Positions 42,717 through 51,400 of a stretch of 64,000 nt of DNA are shown piece after piece. This DNA comes from Longimicrobiales bacterium (GTDB taxonomy: Bacteria; Gemmatimonadota; Gemmatimonadetes; Longimicrobiales; Gaopeijiaceae), in the NCBI GenBank assembly GCA_965202805.1, contig OZ241869.1, positions 3,168,001-3,232,000 on the forward strand, in the 5' to 3' direction. Each line of letters starts with the position of its first letter. Positions within the stretch are counted from its first letter, which is position 1. Under the pieces are notes generated by a model. It was not told the origin of the DNA. It made no database searches and saw only the letters and a program-made list of their open reading frames with translations. The position numbers and the translations under genes are program-made.

Positions 42717-43800
42717 CTACGCCCAGCGTTGCTTCACATATCCGACGAGATCGGGTCCTTCGAGGGACCGGGTCGAGTTGTTCACTCGGGCGAAGAAGAC
42801 CCTGTCACTCTTGGACACCGTGGCGTAGATCGGTTCGGGTGATGGAGTGACGTGTACGAGGGCGACCTGAATGCCTTTGACAGCCTCCAGTCGGATCCTC
42901 GCCATCGTCGAAACGAGCGGTCCGAGCGAACGCCCGATGGTCGTGGTGAGCGCGCCTACGTAACGGTCCCCGTCCACGTTTTTCTTGTCCAGGTCTGGCT
43001 GGGTCCCAAGGACTTCGCCGTCATCCGCGACACCGATCGTGAGGGTGCCGCCATTGGAGTTGAGGAAGCCCGCGACGGTCTTCAACACGGATTCTGTGAT
43101 TACTCTCTCGTGGACGTTCGGCCTGTAGCTGAGGTACACAGAGGACTTGAACTCGACCCGTTCGGTCTCCATCTCGTCCAAGAGTCCTCGACAGACCACT
43201 CGGGGAGGCCGAACGAGGGAGGCACTGCCTCCTCCTCTGGAACCTGACCCGTGCGGAGCCTGGCGAACGCTGCTCGAACGACCTCGGCGATGAGCACCCG
43301 CCGTTTTGGAGAAAGTCCTGATACTCCGTCTCTTCCCACCCGTCGGGCAAAGCGTGCCAGAACCGAGCTTGTTTCTGCTGCTGCGGCGTAAGCTGCTCGA
43401 AGAGTGCAGGGAAATACTCGCTGGGTGGCGAGTCGCCGATCTTCGCGTTGTCAGGCCATTCGACGAAGGCGGAGTTGGCGATCTGGTTCCGCTGAACGGT
43501 ACGGTCGATACCGATCCGCGTCAGATACGCCTTTGGGAACAGATGATGGCGCTCGACAGCTGATCGAGGAGCGTGGGTGGATGGGTCGAGCAACTCGCCC
43601 AGGTGGAGCGGCGAGAACAGAGGCCGAGCGTTGAGGAGCACGAGGCTGGCAGAGTACGCGAACAGTGTTTCGAGTGAGCTGGGGAGTTGAATGGTCCAGT
43701 AGTCTTCGGTCAGTGCCGTGTCGATGATTCCGCTCGGTGTCGCCATGAAGGCCTCACCGGACTTCGCCTCCGCGATACGGCGGAGATCCTGCTCAACTCT
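42717..43800 (-). pseudogene. Truncated, frameshifted GmrSD-like (DUF262/HNH-type C-terminus) - AlbA_2 fusion
   Basis: ERHHLFPKAYL...NQIAN...N; continues across frameshifts near 43310 (QDFL/KRRVLIA) and 43185 (WSVED/LLDEMETERVEFKSS) into AGFLNSNGGTLTIGVADDG. Confidence 0.7.
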
Positions 43801-44438
43801 GCGCTTCCCACGGCGCACCGAGAAATGCGGAGCAAGTGGCCATAACCACGATCCGGCGCCACGCCACACACGGAGCCAAACCGGCGCAACGCGTCCTGCG
43901 TGCCTGGCCGAGTCAGCGGACGCCGGTTCCCTCCGTGTTCCCATCGGGAGTCGGTCCCGACGGGAACGCGGAGGTCGTCTTCACGCCGTGGCTGGCGGAC
44001 TGCGTTCGCACGGGCCTGCTTGGGACCCGGCGTTCTCCACCCTAGCCGTACAGATTCGCTCGCATCCTTCGTCCGGCCCTCACTCCGCCTTCCGTCTGAT
44101 TCCATCCGCCTCCGTCCATCTGCGACTTGGCTGTGCCGGCTCGACGACGGCCCGACATCCCGCCGGTTCTCGACTGAAACACTAGCGACGAGTCGGAGGA
44201 CGGCGCCCGCGCCCGCTCCAGCACTTTGAGCGGCCCATGGTGGGCGCAGGTCCTGCGCGGACGCCCCCGGATCCACGGAGAATGCGTCCGCCGAGCCGGC
44301 GGCGAAGCCTTCCACCGATCGCGGCGCGTTCTGACACAACCTGACACGAACTCATCACTTAGCAGATTTCCCAATGGTTGACGCGCTTGCGAACGGCTCC
44401 TCACCGTCCGGCCATGAAGGCGCCGGAACGACACGGCC

Positions 44439-44879
44439 GTGGAGACTCTGGAGCAGCAGTTCAACTCTCGGGTGAGCGCGTTCCTCGGCCGGACGGGCAG
44501 GAAACCCACGACCCTCGGCATGAGGGCGGTGGGCGGACCGGGTTGGCCCGCACGTGCCTGTCGCGCAGCACGATCTACAGGTGGCGGGTCGCGGGACGCT
44601 TCCCCTCGCCGGTCGTCATGGCAGGCGCACCGTGGGCAGGATCGAATCGGACGTGGGCGCATGGACCTGCGAGCGCGCCGTGGAGAGCCGGGGCGGCGGA
44701 ACGGCCCTCGCCCGCCGACCCCCAGGACGGAGGGAGAGACGATGAGAGCGTTGACGAGAACGCTGCGGTTCGAGTTCCTGGACTCCGTCCCGCCCGAGCT
44801 GGTCGTCCACAACCCGATGGCCATCCTCATCACCTACCTCCAGGCCGACCTGGCGCTCGTGACCGGGGCGTCGCCGTGA
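44439..44879 (+). pseudogene. Collapsed regulatory module including a frameshifted AlpA-like excisionase
   Basis: LSRSTIYRW...GRFPSPV and GRRTVGRIESDVGAW in different frames, between other short fragments. Confidence 0.6.
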
Positions 44880-45811
44880 TCGCGCACCTGAAGGGCCGCG
44901 AGAAGGCGCTCGAAGCGTTCGGCTGGACGGGCCGCGAGGCCGAGTGGATCGCGCTCGTGTGCCTGCACAGCGGCGTGTTCACCCGCGATCAGATCTCCGA
45001 CTGGCTCGGCATCCACCGCCGCAGCGCCCGCCGGTTCATCCGGGACATGTCGGACCGGAGGCTGGCGGCGAGGGACCGGCTTGCAGGCCGGAGAGTTTGT
45101 CGGATCTACGCGCGGGCGGTCTACCGGGCGCTCGGGGCCGAGGACATCCGCCACCGCCGGATCGCCTCCGTGCCGGTGCTCCTCCGCCGCCTGCTCTCGC
45201 TCGACTACGTGATTGGCCACACCGGCCAGGCGTGGCTCCCGACCGAGCCCGAGAAGGTCGGAGCGTTCGAGGCGCTCGGCATCGAGCGCGCGCTGCTGCC
45301 CGTGCGCGTGTACCGGGGCGGCGGCGGCGATACGCGCCGCTACTTCCCCCTCAAGCTGCCCGTCGCGCTCGATGCCGGAGGCGCGGTGTTCGTCTACGCC
45401 GATCCCGGCCATGACACCGCCTCGGGTCTCCATGCCTGGGGCCGCGCGCACCGGGAACTATGGGGCGCGCTGAGGGACCGGGGCCATCCGGTCGAGGCCG
45501 TCGCCGTCGTCCTGGGCGACGGGGAGTTCGACCGGGCGGAGAAGGTGCTCGGCAACTGGACCTCCCCGGTCCGGTCCACCGGCCGCTCGCGGGCGTCCGT
45601 GACCGGTCGTGAGATCCGCCGTGAGATCGAACGGATCGAACAGGGCATCCGCGACAGGGACGAGAGCGTGATCGAAGAGCACGGCAGCTTCCGGGGCTGC
45701 CTGGCACGGCTCGCCGAACTCCGGGCCGCGCTTCCGACCGCGCCCTCCGAGGCGATGATCGACGGCTTCACGGTGTGGCGTTCGAGCCGGCTGTGGGGGG
45801 ACCTGTTTTGA
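44876..45811 (+). CDS. Element-associated hypothetical protein (possible replication/mobilisation factor)
   Basis: GTGA overlap start; CLHSGVFTRDQ, wHTH-like N-terminus, RRLLSLDYV, RYFP; sits between AlpA remnant and integrase. Confidence 0.6.
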   Translation: MIAHLKGREKALEAFGWTGREAEWIALVCLHSGVFTRDQISDWLGIHRRSARRFIRDMSDRRLAARDRLAGRRVCRIYARAVYRALGAEDIRHRRIASVPVLLRRLLSLDYVIGHTGQAWLPTEPEKVGAFEALGIERALLPVRVYRGGGGDTRRYFPLKLPVALDAGGAVFVYADPGHDTASGLHAWGRAHRELWGALRDRGHPVEAVAVVLGDGEFDRAEKVLGNWTSPVRSTGRSRASVTGREIRREIERIEQGIRDRDESVIEEHGSFRGCLARLAELRAALPTAPSEAMIDGFTVWRSSRLWGDLF

Positions 45812-45814
45812 GCG

Positions 45815-46130
45815 CCGGACGCGGGCGGGGGTGGCAAGTCCTGCGTGTCCGGTTCACCTTGGGGGTCGCCGGACACGAAATGGCCGTTCGACCGGACACG
45901 GCCCCGGCCGTCCATGTCGCTGGCGCGCTTTCGGTTGCGCTACGGACAGCGGAGCGGGGGTGCCGATTCGGGATCCTCGGAGGTGGCTGGGAGCGACCCC
46001 CCATCTCGGCATGCCTCGATTGGCGCCGGGGTGGATGGAGCCGGACAGCCCCATCCCCCCCGCCGCTGCGGGGTCGCTCCCAGCCAGCAGTCCCTCCGGG
46101 AAGGGTGTCCGGCCGATGAGGCCGGGCACG
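45815..46130. repeat. Cluster of CCGGACA(C/G)-type repeats plus 17-bp perfect inverted repeat
   Basis: Copies at 45815, 45844(-), 45869, 45892, 45943, 46041, 46105(-), 46122; IR at 45984-46000 / 46070-46086. Confidence 0.7.
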
Positions 46131-46246
46131 CCCGCCTTCATCCCGCGAGAGGCACACGCACCGCCGCCGCGACTGGCGGAAACACCCCGCCCGCGCGAAG
46201 TTTCGGGCGCGCAGATCGTGCAGTCCATCATCGGAGGAATCGAATG

Positions 46247-47416
46247 ATGGCACGCACGAAACGAAGTCGGCGCAGCTACGGCGCCGGTGAATGGGGCCGG
46301 AACCGGGTGAGGGTGTTTCCCGACCCGAAGACCGGCATGTTCCAGATCGAGTGGCGAGAGAACGGGCGCAGGCTCACCCGGTCGCTGGGACACCGCGAAT
46401 GGTTGAGGGCGAAGCGGCAGGCGGACGAGTTCGCCGCCGGTTTCGTCGGCCCGGAGCTGAACGGCAAGGCACAAGCGGAGCCCGAGCCGCTCACGCTGGG
46501 AAGGCTTCTTGAAATCTACGGTGAGGAGGTGACGCCCACGAAGGCGGAGACCTCTCAGCGGTCCGACCGGGCCGCGGCGAGGATGTTCCTCCAGTTCTTC
46601 GGGCGGGACCGCAAGCCCTCCACGCTCTCCCAGCGCGACTGGGACCGGTTCATCCGGACGAGGCGCGCGGGCAAGGTCGGACCGAGCGGCAAGCCGGTGT
46701 CCGATCGAACGCTCGAACACGACCTGAAGTTCCTGATCGCCGTGTTCAACTGGGCCGCGAGGTCGAAGGACGAGCGAGGCTGCCTGCTCCTCGACAGGAA
46801 CCCGTTGAAGGGCCTGAAGATGCCCACGGAGAAGAATCCCACGCGGGTGGTGTTGTCCGGGGAGGAGTACCAAGCGCTTCTCGGGGTGTCCCGGCAAGTC
46901 GGCTGGCGATTCCGCGTCGCGCTCGTGCTCGCACACGAAACCGGACACCGGATCGGCGCCATCCGTCACCTGCGGTGGTCCGATATCGACCTCGAAGGCG
47001 GAGTCATCCGGTGGAGAGCGGAGCACGAAAAGACCGGATACGAGCATTGCACGCCGGTGACCGCCGAGGCTCTTGCCGCCTTGAATGAGGCGCGAAGGAG
47101 GAATCCCGGAACCGGGGACACTCCGGTGCTACCCGCGTCCACTGACGCCTCAAGGTGCGCGGGCCGGTCGCTGGTCCGCTACTGGTGGAATCGAGCCCAG
47201 AAGCTCGCGGGTCTGGAACCCCAGCGCGGGAGAGGCTGGCACTCGCTGAGGCGGAAGTTCGCCAGCGACCTGATGGACCAGCCCCTGAAGGTGCTCTGCG
47301 AGTTGGGAGGCTGGAAGACGGCCAAGACCGTGCTTCAGTGCTACCAGAGGGCCGACGAGGACCGGCTTCGGAAGGCGCTCGCGAGCCGCCGCACCGGGGC
47401 GCTCAATCCCGTTTAG
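46247..47416 (+). CDS. Tyrosine recombinase / integrase
   Basis: GGAGGA RBS; arm-binding-like N-terminus; TGHRIG, EKT, WHSLRR, LGGW, CYQ catalytic pattern. Confidence 0.92.
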   Translation: MARTKRSRRSYGAGEWGRNRVRVFPDPKTGMFQIEWRENGRRLTRSLGHREWLRAKRQADEFAAGFVGPELNGKAQAEPEPLTLGRLLEIYGEEVTPTKAETSQRSDRAAARMFLQFFGRDRKPSTLSQRDWDRFIRTRRAGKVGPSGKPVSDRTLEHDLKFLIAVFNWAARSKDERGCLLLDRNPLKGLKMPTEKNPTRVVLSGEEYQALLGVSRQVGWRFRVALVLAHETGHRIGAIRHLRWSDIDLEGGVIRWRAEHEKTGYEHCTPVTAEALAALNEARRRNPGTGDTPVLPASTDASRCAGRSLVRYWWNRAQKLAGLEPQRGRGWHSLRRKFASDLMDQPLKVLCELGGWKTAKTVLQCYQRADEDRLRKALASRRTGALNPV

Positions 47417-47498
47417 CGGGAACGAATCGGCGGGAGTCCTGACCGCCAATCCCGTAACCTCAACCATCGCAACACGATGAGAATCTGTTACCTCCCGC

Positions 47499-47517
47499 CG
47501 TTACGTAAGGGTCAAGG
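47499..47517 (+). repeat. Right att-like direct repeat CGTTACGTAAGGGTCAAGG
   Basis: 18/19 identical to 28629-28647; 82 nt after integrase stop. Confidence 0.8.
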
Positions 47518-47618
47518 TGTACCGAGACACGTCACATGCCATAAGTTGGGGGGACGACCGCTCGGCTGGACGGCGCGATCGCGGAACCTGAGGAGTCGCG
47601 GACTCGGAGGGAGGAGCC

Positions 47619-48044
47619 TTGAACATCGACACGACCTTCCTGCGCCGTTGCATCGCCTCGCTCGAGCGGGCGGTGGATGGAATCGAACGGAGCGAGGCGA
47701 ACGACGATGTCATGTACGACATTTATCGTGCCGCGTGCGTCAAGGAGTTGGAACTCGTGCTCGAGCAGTCCGGCAAGCTGCTGCGCAAGCGGCTGGCCGC
47801 TTGGTTCGCGAGCAACCGGCAGGCCGACCGTCTCCACTTCAAGGATCTCTTCCGCAACGCTGCACGCCACGACCTCATTGAGCCCGATGCAGTAGAGAGA
47901 TGGCTTCGCTACCGCGACAACCGCAACTACACGGCCCACGACTACGGCGAGGACTTCGCGGAGGCCACCCTCAGGCTGCTTCCGGAGTTCATCGAGGATG
48001 CGAAGGCTCTCGCCGGCATTATCGAGCAGACCAACGATGACTGA
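47619..48044 (+). CDS. HEPN / nucleotidyltransferase substrate-binding protein (HI0074-like)
   Basis: GGAGGAG RBS + TTG; KDLFR, RNYTAHDY (RxxxxH). Confidence 0.85.
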   Translation: MNIDTTFLRRCIASLERAVDGIERSEANDDVMYDIYRAACVKELELVLEQSGKLLRKRLAAWFASNRQADRLHFKDLFRNAARHDLIEPDAVERWLRYRDNRNYTAHDYGEDFAEATLRLLPEFIEDAKALAGIIEQTNDD

Positions 48045-48357
48045 TCGGCTGCGCCTCTCGCAACGGCACCGGGACATCCTGCTGGCGTTGCTGCGCAAGC
48101 ACCTGCGGGATACCGAGGTGTGGGCCTACGGGAGCCGCGTCAACGGCCGAGGCCACGACGGCAGCGACCTCGACCTCGTGCTGCGGGGAGCCGGGCGCGA
48201 CCAGATTCCGCTCGCACGGCTGATGGACTTTGAGGACGCGGTCCGCGAGTCGACGATTCCCTTTCTCGTCGAGGCGCGGGATTGGGCGAGGCTGCCGGAG
48301 CGGTTCCAGCGCGAGATCGAGCGGGAGCATGTGGTGCTAGTTGGGCTGAGACGGTAA
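48037..48357 (+). CDS. Minimal nucleotidyltransferase (MNT) antitoxin-like protein
   Basis: YGSR...SDLDL motif; overlaps HEPN gene. Confidence 0.88.
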   Translation: MTDRLRLSQRHRDILLALLRKHLRDTEVWAYGSRVNGRGHDGSDLDLVLRGAGRDQIPLARLMDFEDAVRESTIPFLVEARDWARLPERFQREIEREHVVLVGLRR

Positions 48358-48369
48358 ACCGGTCCGTCC

Positions 48370-49899
48370 GTGACCTTCCAGCGCCTCGACCTCGCCGCCT
48401 TCGCCGGCTTCCTCGCCCTCGTGGTGGGGGTGTCGCTGTACGCCTCGCGCGGCAGGCGCGACGCGGCGGGCTACTTCCTCGCGGGCCGGAATCTGCCGTG
48501 GTGGCTGATCGGCTTCTCCCTGATCGCCTCCAACATCTCCACGGAGCATTTCGTGGGCATGGCCGGCCGCGGGTACGATCTCGGGCTCGCCATCGCCAGC
48601 TACGAGTGGATGGCGGCGGTCACGCTCGTGCTGGTGGGCCTGTTCTTCCTGCCGCGCTTCCTCCAGGCCGGCATCTACACGATTCCGGAGTTCCTCGAGT
48701 ACCGCTACGACGCGCGCACGCGCACGCTCATGGCGGCGTACATCATGGCGGCTTATGTGCTGGTCGCCCTGGCCACGGTGCTGTATTCCGGGGCGCTGGC
48801 GCTGGAATCCATCTTCGGGCTGGACATCGCGGCGGGCATCTGGCTGATCGGGATCCTCGCCGGTGGCTACACCATCTACGGCGGCCTCAAGGCCGTCGTC
48901 TGGTCGGACCTCATCCAGGGGGTGGCGCTGCTCCTGGGGGGAGTGCTGGTAACGGTGCTCGGCTTTCGCGCGATCGGGGGGCTCGAACCCTTTCTCGCTG
49001 CCGCGGAGGGGAAGCTGCACACCGTCCTCCCCTGGAATCATCCCGAGATGCCGTGGCTGGCCGTCTTCATCGGCGGCCTCTGGATCCCGAACATCTTCTA
49101 CTGGGGCCTGAACCAGTTCATCACCCAGCGAACGCTGGCCGCGCGCAGTCTGGCGGACGCCCAGCGCGGCATCTTCCTGGCCGGCTTCATCAAGCTGCTC
49201 ATCCCCTTCATCATCGTCTTCCCGGGGATCATGGCCGCGGAGCTGTTCGCCGAGCAGGTGTCGAATCCGGATCAGGCGTACCCCGTCATGATGCGCGAAC
49301 TCCTGCCCGCCGGGCTCACCGGGCTCATGTTCGCGGCGCTCTTCGGGGCGGTGATGAGCTCGCTCGACTCGATGCTCAACTCGGCGGCGACGATCTTCAG
49401 TGTCGACCTCTACAAGCGGCATCTGCGGCCGAAGGCCTCATCGCGCAGGCTGATGATGGTGGGGCGGGTGACGACCGCGGTTCTGGCTGTGGTCGCGTGC
49501 CTGTGGGCGCCGCTGGTGGCCCGCGCGGGGAGCGTCTTCGAGTACATCCAGATGTTCTGGGGCTTCATCTCGCCCGGGATCGTGGCCGCCTTCCTGTTCG
49601 GCCTGTTCGTGCCCCGGACGCCGCCGCCGGCGGCCTTCGGCGGGATGCTGCTGGGGGTTCCGGTCTACGGCCTGCTGCTCTGGCTGCTTCCGGAGGTTGC
49701 GTTCCTGCACCACATGGCGATCACCTTCCTCGTGATCTGCGCGTTCATGGGGATGGTGACGCGGGCCCGTCCGCTGGCGGAGGCGCGCACGCTGCCGCAG
49801 TCCGACGCGGCGGTGGATCTGACGCCGGCGCCGGGCGGGCGGCTCTGGGCCGGCGGGGTGATCGCCGGGGCGGCCGTTCTGTACATCGTGTTCTGGTAA
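48370..49899 (+). CDS. Sodium:solute symporter (sugar-type SSS)
   Basis: YFLAGR, ASNISTEHFVG, YGGLKAVVWSD, NQFITQR, MSSLDS. Confidence 0.92.
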   Translation: MTFQRLDLAAFAGFLALVVGVSLYASRGRRDAAGYFLAGRNLPWWLIGFSLIASNISTEHFVGMAGRGYDLGLAIASYEWMAAVTLVLVGLFFLPRFLQAGIYTIPEFLEYRYDARTRTLMAAYIMAAYVLVALATVLYSGALALESIFGLDIAAGIWLIGILAGGYTIYGGLKAVVWSDLIQGVALLLGGVLVTVLGFRAIGGLEPFLAAAEGKLHTVLPWNHPEMPWLAVFIGGLWIPNIFYWGLNQFITQRTLAARSLADAQRGIFLAGFIKLLIPFIIVFPGIMAAELFAEQVSNPDQAYPVMMRELLPAGLTGLMFAALFGAVMSSLDSMLNSAATIFSVDLYKRHLRPKASSRRLMMVGRVTTAVLAVVACLWAPLVARAGSVFEYIQMFWGFISPGIVAAFLFGLFVPRTPPPAAFGGMLLGVPVYGLLLWLLPEVAFLHHMAITFLVICAFMGMVTRARPLAEARTLPQSDAAVDLTPAPGGRLWAGGVIAGAAVLYIVFW

Positions 49900-50031
49900 G
49901 CCCGCCGCCGCCGCCAGTCGTTCGCCCCGGCCTCGCGGGCTGCGAGCCGGGCGCGCCGGCAATACGTTACGATCGTGCATCGGCCCCTGTGACGGGCTCG
50001 AACCCCGCCGCCCGCCCGGAGGAACCATATC

Positions 50032-50619
50032 GTGATCCGAATCGCTGCCGTTTCCGCATTCACCGCGCTCGTTCTCGCCGCCTGCGCTCCCTCGGGAGGC
50101 GAAGGAGGCGAGGCGGCCGCCGACGGGGCCATGACATCGGCTGCGGACGGAGGCGCGACCGCCTCCGATGCCGTACCGTCCGCGGACCACTTGCCATCGG
50201 ACGCCGACCGGGCAGCCATCCTCGCGACCGTCCAGTCGCTCTTCGACGCCCTGGGCGAACGGGACACGGAGTTGCTGACCGCCATCCTGCATCCCGCCAT
50301 CCTGATGCACTCCGTGGAGCGGTCGGCCGCGGGAGAGCGTTCCGCGTCGACGTCGACGCTGGAAGGCATGGTCGCGCGCCTGGAGGCCGATGGGCCGCGC
50401 ATGACCGAGCGCATGTGGGATCCCGAAGTGCGCGTCAGCGGCGATCTGGCGACGGTCTGGACGCCGTACGACTTCTACGTCGGAGAGGACCTGAGCCACT
50501 GCGGCGCCGATGCGTTCATCCTCATGCGTGAAGGCGGCGACTGGCAGATCACGTCGCTGTCCTGGACCCGGCTTCAGCCTCCGGAGTGCGAGCTGCACCC
50601 GGACGGGCCGCCGGGCTGA
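50032..50619 (+). CDS. Lipoprotein with NTF2/SnoaL-like domain
   Basis: LAAC lipobox; ERMWDPEVRVSGDLATVWTPYDFY...HCG. Confidence 0.72.
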   Translation: MIRIAAVSAFTALVLAACAPSGGEGGEAAADGAMTSAADGGATASDAVPSADHLPSDADRAAILATVQSLFDALGERDTELLTAILHPAILMHSVERSAAGERSASTSTLEGMVARLEADGPRMTERMWDPEVRVSGDLATVWTPYDFYVGEDLSHCGADAFILMREGGDWQITSLSWTRLQPPECELHPDGPPG

Positions 50620-50670
50620 TCGGGCTTCACCCGGGATTCATCGGATGTCGCGTTCCGGACGGAGAATCAG

Positions 50671-51318
50671 ATGGTCTCATCGGCCCGGCAGGCGGAGGCT
50701 GAAGTGACGCGGGCTACCAGGCCGGGCTGGCGCCCCCTGGTGTTTTCCGGTTGGGGGCTGTTCGTGGTATCATTCTTCCTCCCGGCCTTGTCGTATTCCT
50801 GCGACATCCCTCCTCGCCCTTCCCCTCCCCCTCCGCCTCCCCCTCCCGCCAGCGCGACAGCGCCTGAGCCCGCCTCGACCGAACCCGCGCCCCAAGCCGA
50901 TCCGGCATCACCCGTCCCACCCACGTCCACGCCCGAATCTCCTTCTCCTGCATCGATGCAATCCGAGCCCGCATCTTCTTCCAGGGATGGGGCGCACGCG
51001 TCCGAGGACCTGATGGCAGGTTGGCAGGCGTTCTGGTCTGCACTCATTGGCTGGGGTGGTCCCATCGGAATCGTCAGCGCGCTGACCAACCTGTTGATGG
51101 TGGCCACCGGCTTCCACGGCAGGTGGTCGCCTCGGGCCCGATGGCCCGCAATCGCGTTGGCCGCCGCCGGGGCGCTCAATCTGGGTTACTGGCTGTGGTT
51201 GGTCGCGGACGACGGGGAGTTCTCGCTCAAGATCGGCTACTACGTGTGGGTGGCATCGTTCGTGTGCGCAGCCGCGGGATTCCGGCTTCGCGGGCGCCGA
51301 CAGCATGCGCGTGCCTGA
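50671..51318 (+). CDS. Hypothetical membrane protein with Pro/Ser-rich insert
   Basis: SFFLPA, poly-Pro segment, TM helices, IGYYVW. Confidence 0.55.
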   Translation: MVSSARQAEAEVTRATRPGWRPLVFSGWGLFVVSFFLPALSYSCDIPPRPSPPPPPPPPASATAPEPASTEPAPQADPASPVPPTSTPESPSPASMQSEPASSSRDGAHASEDLMAGWQAFWSALIGWGGPIGIVSALTNLLMVATGFHGRWSPRARWPAIALAAAGALNLGYWLWLVADDGEFSLKIGYYVWVASFVCAAAGFRLRGRRQHARA

Positions 51319-51400
51319 GCGCCTGCGCTTTCGCGCCCGAGTCGCCGGGAGGTAGGTTCCAGCCCTGGAATCCGTCCCACCCCTCGGAAGTGATCCGTCC

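Larger units (their letters stand above)
28629..47517. mobile_element. Tyrosine-integrase genomic island (defence island), ~18.9 kb
   Basis: Flanking direct repeat, integrase about 80 bp inside the right copy, restriction-like cargo, apparently lower GC. Confidence 0.8.

Noticed and set aside
45845..46243. N-terminal extension of the integrase ORF
   Set aside because: Low-complexity translation over a repeat-rich region; a strong RBS sits at 46233-46238.
28629..47517. Prophage
   Set aside because: No capsid, terminase, portal, tail or lysis genes.
47417..47620. tRNA or tmRNA integration target
   Set aside because: No cloverleaf, T-loop or CCA end at either island boundary.
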